DNA of 64,000 bases from Convolutriloba macropyga (lineage: Eukaryota). This document shows, in pieces, positions 28,116-40,075 of this stretch. The first letter of the stretch is position 1. Each line of letters opens with the position of its first letter. The notes beneath the pieces were generated by a model that was not told the DNA's origin, did no database searches, and was given only the letters and a program-made list of their open reading frames with translations. The DNA lies in the NCBI RefSeq assembly GCF_964194025.1, contig NC_134470.1, forward strand, positions 76,880,001-76,944,000. The letters run 5' to 3'. A program made the position numbers and the translations under genes.

Positions 28116-28435
28116 AGAATTTTGTCAGTTTTTTGCTTCAAGAATTTATGCTGTTCGCTGAGCGGAGAGATCAACCATACGATATTTTCCTATTTCCTAA
28201 TAATCTTTTACAATGCCAGATTTCAAATTTGCAAGTTTGTGTTTCAAATTCTGACTTATATCTCAAACCGTTTCACGGTCCTCTATTAATGAAAGATTTT
28301 CTCAGTGAATTCAAGCAGAGTCATGTAAACTATAAATTTTTTTAGATTACGGTTTTATTGTCCGTCTGTGATTACGTAACATATTAATGACTAATGATAT
28401 GATGTAATATTATGTAATCCCATTGTTATTATTAG

Positions 28436-28663
28436 GAAGCTCCAAAACAGGGGGTGATTGCACGACCTGCAGCACCTGTTCAGTCAAGTCCCGTCTGTAC
28501 CTCAAGGGGGAGAAGACAGAACTGACGATGGCTGAGAAAGAGAGACTCCTGGAGTGTATCAAGATCCACGAGGTCATCTTCAATCCGGAACACCCCTCCA
28601 GGTCTGTCCGCGACCTCGTCACCTCTGCTTGGGAGGATGTGGCCGAGAAGACTGGATTCCCAG
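28436..28663 (+). CDS. MADF-BESS transcription factor, coding exon 2 (CxxCxxC motif and N-terminal half of the MADF domain)
   Basis: Acceptor TTATTAG| at 28435; donor CCAG|GTAAAC at 28663/28664, phase 1 on both sides. Encodes KERLLECIKIHEVIFNPEHP...AWEDVAEKTG, matching the MADF pattern LIxxVxxxPxLWDxxxxxY...AWxxIAxxLG. Confidence 0.88.
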
Positions 28664-28971
28664 GTAAACTTTCCACCCAACCCCCCCCCCCCCCTCTCGA
28701 ACTCTTTCATGGGAACTGATCTGAGTCGTGTTGGTAAGATTAGTGGTTAGAGCAAGTCAAAATTCTGAAAAATTTTATACGATTCAGAAATTCAAGACAA
28801 GTCACAGTTCATCGTGAAAAATTAACTTTACAAGATCTTGATCTAGTTTTGCCTCACAAGTTTTGATCTAAAATCTTAATCAAGATCTTGCACGTTTTGT
28901 CAAGATATTTGGTTCGTATTGAGAGTATTGCAATTAAAATGACCTGTAACTCCCAGATTGAAATCCCAAAT

Positions 28972-29102
28972 TGGATCTTTTCAACAATTGCCCCCCCCCC
29001 TTGGTACCTAGTAGAGAATCGCCACCCCTTCTGTGCTATACTTTACCACAATATTACTTGGCCTACTTTACAAAGGGGGGGGGCAATTGTTGAAAAGATC
29101 CC
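28972..29102. mobile_element. 131-bp GGATC...GATCC MITE with 6-bp TSD, intronic
   Basis: TIR GGATCTTTTCAACAATTGCCCCCCCCC; TSD CCAAAT at 28966-28971 and 29103-29108. Confidence 0.88.
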
Positions 29103-29199
29103 CCAAATTTTGCCTCATAATTCTGAGCCTTAATGTTCCTCCGAGGATAAAATAGCGACATTTTTATGACGTATAGAATAGGGTCTGTTTTTCTTCCAG

Positions 29200-30158
29200 T
29201 GGAGCTGTGCAAAGAAGCCTGGCGCAAAATCAAACTTGCCTACCAGAACTCACAGCGTCACGCGAGGTCAAAGGTCAATGCAGACGGCAGCATTCGCAAA
29301 CCCTACTACCTCCACAAACAGATGACCTTCTACGAGCCACACCTGCGGGCGCGTGACGTCATGAACCAACTCGTCAAAGTGGACCAACAAGCTGCTCAAG
29401 AACGCAACCAAAAGAACCACTCCTCGTCCGGGGTCTCAACTGGAAGTCTGTCGCCTCAACCTCAACCTTTAAACCTCCAAAGCCGCAACTCAATGTCATC
29501 GCCCGATTCCTTCATGTCGCATCGATCCAACGAAGATTGCAACTCGCCCCTGGCTCTCGACAGCAGGGTTTCAGTCATCGAGTCTTACGTCACAAGTCCG
29601 AACCCGATTGAAACGACATCAACCTCAGGTATGGTCGCTACTGAGTCGTCACTACTTACGTCACAGCCTATGACGTCACTACCGCCATTCGTCACTACTT
29701 CGCTAGCCAATCAAATGCTTCCGCCTCCACCGACTGCGAGCGACTTTAAAACACAAACTGAAAGAGTTTTGAAACGAAAATTAGAATCAGAATTTTATGT
29801 TCCGCAGCATCATAATGGCCTTTCGGCACCTAAACAGCCTCATCTGGTTGCCCAAACGGGCCATTTGCCTTTTAACGGTCACATAAGCCCCGTGGAGCAG
29901 GCCCAAATAAATACCCCCGCAACCAGCGTTCCCCAAGTTTCAATTCAAACATCACCTGTAGCCAGTACCACCCAAAATATGGCGCGACCAACTCCAATTA
30001 CGGACGCCACCCCTCCACCCCTTGAAGTCGACGCTGATTTACAATTCCTTTTATCGCTTCACGCCGACATCAAGAGTCTAAATTACAAGCAGGAATTCGG
30101 TTTCAAAAGGAAAGTTTATGCTTTGATGGAAGAAATTCTAAATGGACAAAATGATTGA
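29200..30158 (+). CDS. MADF-BESS transcription factor, coding exon 3 (C-terminal half of MADF, S/T/P-rich linker, BESS motif)
   Basis: Acceptor TTTTTCTTCCAG| at 29199, phase 1. VELCKEAWRKIKLAY...PYYLHKQMTF completes MADF; DADLQFLLSLHADIKSLNYKQEFGFKRKV matches BESS. Spliced CDS is 307+228+959=1494 nt, i.e. 497 aa plus stop. Confidence 0.9.
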
Positions 30159-30572
30159 AAAGTGTTCACGCTTTTGACCACTCAAAACATTGAAGGTTGT
30201 CTTGTTGTTCGCAATTGCGCGTTCACTTAGCCGCAAGAGCGATTAGCAGACAACGAGCTGTAATCAATTGTACAAAGAAAACTTTTCTCTATCAAAACTT
30301 TTTGAAGTAACGTAAAAATACGTTCCATTAAATTCTAACGACACATAATTAGAAATTGGTGATAATTTCGTGTAACGAATGTACTAATGTGTCAAAAAAG
30401 CAGCGGAAAACCAATATGATCGGCTCTTTCTGTGCTGTAAAATTCGTAAACAAGTGAACGAAAATTCGAGGCAGTTTATTTTTCGCTTTTGACAAAAAAA
30501 CGGATGTTATTTTGCTGAGCATTGTACAAATTTTGTGACCATAATTAAACAAGTAGCCTAACAAATAGTTGA

Positions 30573-30735
30573 CTGATCTTTTCAACAACAACCCTCTCCT
30601 CCCTCCCCCCCCCCCCACCACCCCCCCCCACCACCCCCCCCCCACCACCACCACCATCACCATTGCAAAAGGGGGAGGCAATTCCTGAATAGAATTTAAG
30701 CTAGAAAGAGGAGGCGAAAGTGTTGAAAAGATCGG
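30573..30735. mobile_element. Degenerate relative of the GATCTTTTCAACA MITE with an internal poly-C/(CCA)n tract
   Basis: GATCTTTTCAACA ... TGTTGAAAAGATC inverted ends; no clear TSD. Confidence 0.6.
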
Positions 30736-31099
30736 TAATAACAGTAACAATAAGGATTGTGATATATAGTAATAATGATGAATTATCTACCTCATATCAG
30801 ATTACAGATGATATCTTTTCTTCTCTCTCTCTCTCCAGCCATACCATACAGTCCCATATCTTTCTCACTATCTAATTTTCTCTCTCTTGTCTATCTCTAT
30901 TTTTATGCACTCGATCTCTTGTAACATACAATTTAATATTTGTTTGGATCTCTTTTTCTCACACTTTTTTTGCATCTTAAAAAAAATTGTCTTTGTTATT
31001 TTCGAAGGAAACGTAAATTAAGAAGCGTAACCGTTAATTTAAATAATATGCCCACAAAAACTTATGACCAATCACCAGGAACTGCGCGCTAAGCAAGCA

Positions 31100-31579
31100 A
31101 CTGGGCCGAGGAGTGTCCCCAAAAATGTTGCTGAAAAGAGTGTAAAAGTACAGAAATTACACGCATATTTCTCCGTTTAATTAACGGTGGGAGAGTGTAA
31201 TTACAAGAAAGTAGTTGAAACCAAACCTTTTTGAAAACAAAGGTGGAAGGAGGTAGTGATGATCGATCCCCCCACCTTCCCTTTGTCCAACATGTTCCTT
31301 TCGCTTTCTGCATTAACCACTGCACCAACTGCTACAACAATTGAACGTTTCATTTTGGTTATAATGGTAATTCCATGAGAGTGTAATTTTTTATCAGTCC
31401 ACCCTAAATAACACTTTTTGCAAAGACTGTAAAAAGAGTGGAGAAAAGAGTGTAAATACAGTGTAACTTTTTAAAATTACACTCTAACACTCTCTTCCCC
31501 GATAAATAGGAGTGAAACTTTCATTACCCTCTAGTCCCACCTATTTAGGGATGGCTTAAGGATGAACCCTTGGCCCGGG
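31100..31579. mobile_element. 480-bp CCCGGG-terminal MITE with GAGTGTAA subterminal repeats and 2-bp TSD CA (EnSpm/CMC-like)
   Basis: Right end CCTTGGCCCGGG; left end ACTGGGCCGAGG (CCCGGACCGAGG in the truncated paralogs at 32274 and 33669); CA on both flanks; empty site ATG-CA-ACATTGG at 35274-35275. Confidence 0.85.
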
Positions 31580-31912
31580 CAACATTGACAAGTAATGAGA
31601 TATAGCCGGTTCAATAAAGATGCAACGCAAGCAAATGTTCAAAAAACTACCGGCGTGCAAATGAACATTGAACTGCAGATCCCAGCATGTTTTAATTTTG
31701 AGTTTTGACCTTTTGAACATTTGATAGCGTTGCAACTTAATGGGTCCGACTATATCATGAAATATCATGCATTAAACACATGAACTACCAAAAATCAAGA
31801 CTAAAACTAACTAGAGCATTTAATTGAATAGAAAAAGCAACGGTAAAAATATTAAGATTAACTAAACGTCCTCTTAGATAGGCTACCATTGGCGGCTTTA
31901 ACTGGGTTTTTC

Positions 31913-33921
31913 TTGAATGCCTCGGTGAAAAACAGTTTGAAATGATCTGTAATAACAGTAATAATAAGGATTGTGATATAGTAACAATGATCATATAAAT
32001 TTTTATAGTAACAATGATCAATTATCTACCTCAAATCATCTTTCTCACTATCCAACTTTCTCTCTTTTGTCTATCTCTATTTTTATGCTCTCTATCGCTT
32101 GTAACGTACCATTCAATAATTGTTTGGATCTCTTTTTGACACTTTTTGCAGCTTAAAAAATTGTCTTTGTTATTTTCGAAGGAAACGTAAATTAGGAAGC
32201 GTAACCGTTAATTCAAATGCCATGCCAACAAAAACAAATGACCAATCACCAGGAACTGCGTGCCAAGCAAGCACCCGGACCGAGGATTTTCCCCAAAAAT
32301 AATGGGGAAAAGAGTGTAAAATTAAAAAAAAATTACACCCCCATTTCTCCGCTTAATTAACGGTGGAAGAGTGCAATTACAAGAGTGTAATTTTGGAAAA
32401 AAGTTAAAAAGAGGTAGTGAGGATCGATCCCCTGAAGTTGAACAGCGTTCCATAGCGTTGCAACGTTATAAGAAGACTGATTATATCATGAAATATATCA
32501 TGCAATAAACACATGGACTACCAAAAGTCTGTCGCCTCAACCTCAACCTTTAAACCTCCAAAGCCGCAACTCAATGTCATCGCCCGATTCCTTCATGTCG
32601 CATCGATCCAACGAAGATTGCAACTCGCCCCTGGCTCTCGACAGCAGGGTTTCAGTCATCGAGTCTTACGTCACAAGTCCGAACCCGATTGAAACGACAT
32701 CAACCTCAGGTACGGTCGCTACTGAGTCGTCACTACTTACGTCACAGCCTATGACGTCACTACCGCCATTCGTCACTACTTCGCTAGCCAATCAAATGCT
32801 TCCGCCTCCACCGACTGCGAGCGACTTTAAAACACAAACTGAAAGAGTTTTGAAACGAAAATTAGAATCAGAATTTTATGTTCCGCAGCATCATAATGGC
32901 CTTTCGGCGCCTAAACAGCCTCATCTGGTTGCCCAAACAGGCCATTTGCTTTTTAACGGTCACATTAGCCCCGTGGAACAGGCCCAAATAAATAACCCCG
33001 CAACCAGTGTTCCGCAGGTATCAATTCAAACATCACCTGTAGCCAGTACCACCCAAAATATGGCCCAACCAACTCCAATTACGGACGCCACCCCTTCACC
33101 CCTTGAAGTAGACGCTGATTTACAATTCCTTTTATCGCTTCACGCCGACATCAAAAGTCTAAATTACAAGCAGAAATTCGGTTTCAAAAGGAAAGGTTAT
33201 GCTTTGATGGAAGAAATTCTAAATGGACAGAATGATTGAAAAGTGTTCACGCTTGTGACCACTCAAAACATTGAAGGTTGTCTTGTTGATCGCAATTGAA
33301 TGCCTCGGTGAATGCCTCGGTGAAAAACAATTTGAAATGATCTGTGATAACAGTAATAATAAGGATTGTGATATAGTAACAATGATCATATAGATTTTTA
33401 TAGTAACAATCATCAATTAGCTACCTCAAATCATCTTTCTCACTATCGAACTGTCTCTCTTTTGTCTACCTCTATTTTTATGCTCTCGACTTCTTGTAAC
33501 ATACCATTCAATAATTGTTTGGATCTCTTTTTGACACTTTTTGCAGCTTAAAAAATTGTCTTTGTTATTTTCGAAGGAAACGTAAATTAGGAAGCGTAAC
33601 CGTTAATTCAAATGCCATGCCAACAAAAACAAATGACCAATCACCAGGAACTGCGTGCCAAGCAAGCACCCGGACCGAGGATTTTCCCCAAAAATAATGG
33701 GGAAAAGAGTGTAAAATTTAAAAAAAATTACACCCCCATTTCTCCGCTTAATTAACGGTGGAAGAGTGCAATTACAAGAGTGTAATTTTGGAAAAAAGTT
33801 AAAAAGAGGTAGTGAGGATCGATCCCCTGAAGTTGAACAGCGTTCCATAGCGTTGCAACGTTATAAGAAGACTGACTATATCATGAAATATATCATGCAA
33901 TAAACACATGGACTACCAAAA
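31913..33921. repeat. ~610-bp direct repeats (31913-32526 and 33308-33921) flanking the exon-3 duplicate
   Basis: Offset 1395; identical predicted 60-aa ORFs at 32120 and 33515. Confidence 0.9.
32525..33298 (+). pseudogene. Partial duplicate of MADF-BESS exon 3 plus start of 3'UTR; contains an intact 221-aa BESS-only ORF (32574-33239)
   Basis: Colinear with 29444-30217 (offset 3081), no indels, 19 substitutions in the ORF; lacks the MADF domain. Function unknown, so labelled pseudogene provisionally. Confidence 0.8.
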
Positions 33922-33959
33922 ATCAAGACTAAAACTAACTCGAGCAACTAACTGAATAG

Positions 33960-36480
33960 AAAAAGCACAGGTAAAAAGCACAAGAGACCCGGCTGAAAGA
34001 CTAAAACCGAAACCCGTTTGATTCCCTTCTTCGCGGCCGTAGTTTGAAATTATTTGCTTGAAAAAAGCTGAGGTGATTGAAAATGTGTCCTGTTTTAGGC
34101 CACTGATAACTTCAATTTTTGTTTGTTTTTAGAGACAATTACAAGATGCTTGGAAATTAATCTGTTTTTTGTGCTTTTTTGGAAAAAACAAGGTTCATTT
34201 CGAAGAGCTAATACAGTCTCTCTAAGAAAATTTTGCCTATCATTTTCTTGATTAGATTTTCCGTTGTTCGTCAAACTGTCAATTTCGCACGATTTTTGAA
34301 TAATGCTCAATCTACAATGTGTTTAAGGTTTTCAATTGATTTACTTGGTACTTGAATATTTGGTCATTTTTATCTTCTCTCGCAAACTTATACCCCCTCT
34401 TGATTTCACGTAGAATAGGTTATATAGTTACACTTATTAATAACTTGACCTGCAAACCAAGCAAATTGAGTCCAGCGTATCATGGTCTTCAAGTGACTTG
34501 TAAAAACTAATGAAGCAGATGAGCAGGATACCAATATTTTCTGATAAAATGAAACAAAGGGGAGATTTCATTTTTGGCTATGAGAATAAAGCTGAACAAC
34601 TCAACGAAAGGTTTTCGAAATCTTGTAAATAAAGACAACGCAAACATTTGACTGCAAATTTCATCAACAGTAGAAATTTTTTGGGATGATATGCATCTAA
34701 CAAAATTTAGTTGACGATGAGATTGAACACATTAAAATCGGCTCGCATTAAAATAAGTCCTCAAAAGAAGCTTTTTTTCAAACATTTCAAAAAAAAATGT
34801 TTTTTTTTGTTTCCTTGCAGCTGTATAAAAAATATGAGTCCTCAAAACTTTTTAAATAGTCCATGTGCATGCGCTCAAAAGTGAAGGCAAACCAGACGAG
34901 ACGTGAAGCAGAGCAAAAGCAAAAGCTCACAAGAAACAATAATTGCAAAATTTTACATGAAATATCTAATTCATATCAGATTACAGACAATTTCTTTTCT
35001 CTTTCTATCTTTCCAGGCATACCATATTGTCCCATATCTCTCTAACTTTCTAATTTTCTCTCCTTGTCTATCTCTATTTTTATACACTCGATCTCTTGTA
35101 ACACACAATTCAACATTTGTTTGGATCTCTTTTTCTGACACTGTCTTGTATATTAAAAAAAATTAGTCTGGTTATTTTTGAATGAAACGTAATTTAAGAA
35201 TCGTAACCGTTTAATTAAAGGTCATGACCACAAAAACAAATTACTAATCACCAGGAACTGGGTGCCAAGCATGCAACATTGGCAAATAGTGAGATATAGC
35301 CAGTCCCATATAGATGCAACGCAAGCAAACGTCCGAAAAGCTCCCGACGTGCAAATGAAAAACGAAGTGCTGATCTCTACATGTTTTATTTTTTAACTTT
35401 GACCCTTGAAACGTTCGATAGGGTTGTAACTTTTTAGACTGAGAAATATCATTGCATTAAACACATGAACTACCAAAAATCAAGACTAAAATTAACTAAA
35501 GCAACTAACTGAATAGAAAAGCACAGGTAAAAGTTTTAAGATAACCTAAACGTCCTCTAAGTTAGACAAGTAATGGTGGCTATAGCTGAGTTTTTTTAAA
35601 TGCTTCAGTGAAAAAATTCAGGGATGATTTTGCTAGCGCTTAGCATGATTCCACGGGTGATAATCTTCGACAGATCATCTGCCCAGAAATTTATGCGTAG
35701 CTTGATATGAGAGGGCGGGTTGAAAAATGAAGATCTAACCTGTTTGATGCTCTTTTTCGGCTTTAGTTTCAAAACGTTCGAAAGCCCTGCTTGAAAGAAA
35801 GGAAAATATGTCTTGTTATAGGCCAACGATAACTTCAATTATTGTTTGATTTCAGAAACAATCACAAGCTGGTTGGTAGTTAATAGTTTTAGTTTTTTTT
35901 GTAGAAAAAAGGTTTTACTTTTGTCAGATTCTATCAAGATCCAGATAATTCACATTAATAATTCATTGCATGATATTTTGAAGATCAAATTTTGTCCCTC
36001 TAAGATAAATTTGCCTACCATTCTCTTAGTTAGATATTCCGAATTTTGACAAGCAGCCCATTTCGAACAGATTTTGATTGATGCAGACTCTGCAATTTGT
36101 TTAAAGTCTTCAGATAATTATTTTGGTATTTAAATATTTGATCATTAAAACCTTCTCTCACAAATTTATAACCTCGTTGAGTTCACGTAGAATAAATTAT
36201 ATAATTAAGTTTTTATTAACTTGATCTGCAAACAGATCAATTTGAGTCGAGCCAATCATAGCCGTCAAGTGACTCCGAAGAACAGAAGAAGAGGAGCAGA
36301 ACACCACTACTTCTTGGGGAAAAAATCAAATATAAGGGAGAAGACTTTTTTTGGCTGTATTGATATTGTCGAACGAATCAACGAAATTTTTTTGTCTCCT
36401 TCATATTAAATATGATGCGAACATTTAACAAAAAAGGTAGTAGAAGATGAGATTAAACACATTCAAATTGGTTCGCAGGT
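33960..36480. repeat. Older diverged duplication (~33960-34750 vs ~35515-36480) plus a fourth copy of the 3'-flank unit (~34965-35600)
   Basis: Shared anchors such as GGCCA..GATAACTTCAATT (34098/35821), TTCACGTAGAATA (34405/36183) and AATCACCAGGAACTG. Confidence 0.75.
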
Positions 36481-36939
36481 CTACGATGAAATATAACAGA
36501 AACTATTGAAATCTTCATTTCAAAAGATCAAACAGTAGTATTTTGTTCATTAGCAGCTCTATAAAAAAATCCAAATTGTCAAAACTGTTCAAAAAGACCA
36601 TGTTCCTCTGCATACAAAATGTTGCAAACAAGAGACTTAACCAACTACTGACCAATTACTGTTCTAATTTTTTATCAAATCTGTTTGAGCTGCTAGTCCT
36701 TGAGCAGTTCAAAGACAGCTCCTGCAAAAAAATTGGTACGCAACATCATGTTCCAAACAATCACTGAAATTCTGATACATTTCATTGATCATTGTAATCA
36801 TTTAGAAGAACAAAAGTTTCCAGTTAATGTTTAGGAACCGCGAAAAGTCATGTGTAAAAAATTACTTCCAGACTGACACAGTGCGGCAATCGAAAAGGAA
36901 CAATCTTTGCAATATTATCATTTTCAGTCAACATTTTTG

Positions 36940-37450
36940 AATATTCTGATGTTTTCGTAAACGAATAATTTGTTCACAAAGATTGCAGGATCGGCGAAAC
37001 AGCAAACTGATCTTCAAATTCACATCAACAATGCCATTAATTGGAGCAAAGAGAATCTTCGTTACTTCAATTTTTCGGGTTTGAATGCGTTCAATTTAGT
37101 CTAAAATAATAAAACAGAGTGCAATTTCATATTTCGAGACAATGAAACAAAAAATTGTGAAATTCAAATAAAAACCTTTGGAACCTAATTTCCAGCTATA
37201 TGCATGACGAACATCATTTGTATTACGTTATAAACAAACAAAAGCAAAAATTGGACAAATAAAAGAACAAATAGATCTTCATCTCCAAAAAAGATTGAAA
37301 CCTACGCACTATCGGTATTGTTTTGTGGAAGGAACATCTGGGTTTCAACCAAGACAAATTTAGAGAGAATGAAAAAGACTCTACTAGCTTGTGCCGCATG
37401 GGCATGTTCCATAAATCCTTTCATCAATTGAGAACACATTGTGTGTTTGC
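36940..37450 (+). mobile_element. Possible very old non-LTR RT fragment
   Basis: DLQIHINNAINWSKENLRYFN at ~37009-37072 resembles the LQxDLxxxxxWSxxNxLxFN motif; the remainder is too decayed to read. Confidence 0.4.
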
Positions 37451-39419
37451 AAACCCTAGAACTGCTGCCAATTTATTTCAATATATTTGAATGAAATATT
37501 GGTGGCAGGTCTACTGTCTGCAGACACGAAATATGTTCTCCATCGCTCAAATAATTTGAGGACGACAAATCTACGCAATTATCATATACTTAAGTACAAA
37601 AATCAAAAGTCAAACACAAAAAAACGATGTCGCAATTGGGAATTCAAAAAACGATGTCACAAAACAGGACTCATTGATAAAAATTTTGTCATCTGAGAAG
37701 ATAGCAGTCATGTTAATTGTCAAAATATTTTTAACGCTGCTTAGCTAATTTGGACGACTCGTTATCAATTTTCTCATTTTTTGGTTACTATATTTTTGCT
37801 TTTCCAGCCACAAGTGAAGAAGAATTACAAATTTGTTTTATGACTGAACTGACGTCAAATTTCCGACATTAACTTCATCCATACGGATTTTCACCTTCCA
37901 AAAACTCTAAACTTTAACAATTAAACTGGGATACTCCACACAAGTGTTTAGGCATTAGATAGAAACCAAGCTTGGTTAAATTAGTGTCATTATTATTATT
38001 ATTTTTTTGCTTTCAAAACAGTGTTTAAAAAAAATCACTCTTTTTGCTTACAAACCGCTGAAAATGCACACTAAATATGCTGCGTGGCAAAAATATATAT
38101 GGTGGAATGAATAGTAGGATGGCAGTAGAAATGGATTTTCAGCAGATTTTCAACCTTTTAGATGCTTGTCACTCAAAAAGCTATAATTATTTGAATTAGC
38201 GTTTCCGTGTTTTTCAATCTCCGTCTCTGCTGATTAAGAAAGCTCATTTGAGAAATTCTTCATGCCTCTTCTTACTTCGATATTGTCTGCATCACTATAA
38301 CAATTGCGTTTTTGCTTGTGTTTTGAAAATATGAATGAAATGGAAACAAGAAAAGTTTGAAGTCAAAACCAACAAAATGATGGTAGTATTTTGATATAGG
38401 AAAGTATGCTTTGTCTCAAGAACTATTATGTAACTGACCACTCATTTATGCTTGTTCGAAATCTTCTTTATTCCATGATTGACATTAAATGGTTATCAAA
38501 TGTTATGACTAAAATCCAATTCAGTTTGTGGAAAGATTTGTATTAAGAAATGAAGTAAACAAAGCATTGACAAAACTGCTTTTCAGGTCAATATTTTCTG
38601 ATTTTCATACTTTTTGTCCCATGTCACAAACGTTTGAAGAGAAATTAGATATCCAACGTTTGCTCTACTACATACAACAGCAGAAATTTTTGTTAAAAGT
38701 TGCTAATTTTTTGACGAAAATGTGAAAAAATTTCTTCCAGACCATGGTTGTCATACAAAAAATAAAACCAGCAAACAGTTGTATAGATTGATTCAAAGTG
38801 TTATTATTCAAAAGAAACAAAATTCAACCTTCTGAAGAAAAAATGTAAAATTGAGATCAAGGGATCGGAACAAAATTCAGAAAGTTTTTAAAGTTGAAAA
38901 AAGAACAAATATTTTTGAATTATTGAAAAGCCTCAGTTTTTGTTAGAAAAAACTTATGAATGCATGAAACAGATAACATGAGTCGCATTTTCGTCTTTTA
39001 TGGCAATGGAGAAGAATTAACGCGTTGAAAATTATGCAAATTTAAAGAGTAAACAATGGCGCACCTGAACAAAAAGTTTAGCAAAAGAACGTCTTTTCTC
39101 ACAAAAAAGCATTAAACGAAACTGCCCTTCACTTGAACTTGATTTTCAGATTTTTTTAAATGCTTTTTGTACCTCCAGTACTTTAAGTACAATGGTACAA
39201 CCAAGTTTTAATTGCTTTATTCAATTTTGCCTGCGATTGAGAGGTAAATTTTTCATTGCACTGCTATCAGGCAAAATTGTGTTGAGAATGAGATTCTTTT
39301 CCTATTGCAGATTATAACAAATGAAAAGCGTTTATCATGCAACACATCAGTAATCTCGGAACGAGTTTCCAGTTTTGATCAGTATTTTTCCAGTTTAAAA
39401 CACATCTTCATTTGACAAA

Positions 39420-40075
39420 TCAGTACTGATCACGTCTTCTTTCAAGTCTTGAGACTTGTGAAGACTTGCTTAAGACTTGACAAGTCTTGAGTCATTTCTT
39501 GACCAAGACATGCCAGTCTTGAAACTAGTCTTGACCAAGACTTGACTGGTCTTGGTTATAGCGCAGTATATAAGCAAAGTAGCGTTTTGAGAAGAAATGA
39601 TTTTTAATTAATGCATTTCAAAACCATCTAAAATTGGCAAAAATTTTTTACGAGAAATTTGTTAAAGCTATATCTGATACGAGCATATACCAACTCAAAA
39701 TTTCCCATATATTCACTCTGAAACCATTTTGTTTCAATGGGCAGAAATAAGTGGCCAGGCTTGGATCTTTGGACGATATAAGAATTTTTCAATCTCTATC
39801 AATTGACCTTTTTAAAAGTGTGCTTCCTTTTTTGCGTTTTGGAGTGTATTGTAGGCAAGCACCTGTAAATGGCGGTTTTATCGTTACGAAACGAACAAAA
39901 ACAACTAAAAGTTGTGGTGAATACTTGAACCAAGACTTGTGAGGTCTTGGCCAACAATTGTGCACGACTTGTCAAGTCTCGGCTGAAACTTGACTCAAGA
40001 CTTGTCATGACTTAACACCTGATTCAAGACGTGCCAAGTCTAAAAAGTGACATGACCAGAGCTCGATCAGAGCAT
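39420..40075. repeat. AAGACTTG/CAAGTCTT-motif dispersed repeat (also ~1580-1880, ~41150-41290, ~53530-53640 inverted)
   Basis: Dense short inverted motifs shared between these loci; termini not resolved. Confidence 0.6.

Noticed and set aside
28705-28955. GGGAA...CTCCC segment with CAAGATCTTG repeats in the intron as a discrete MITE
   Set aside because: Termini and TSD could not be defined; probably repeat-derived but left uncalled.
30349-30750. 133-aa minus-strand ORF with Gly/Val runs
   Set aside because: Translation of a poly-C/(CCA)n tract within a MITE-like insert.
31913-33921. Direct repeats flanking the exon fragment as a TRIM/LTR gene-capture element (TG...CA can be drawn)
   Set aside because: No TSD, PBS or PPT, and the repeat is part of a longer local duplication series.
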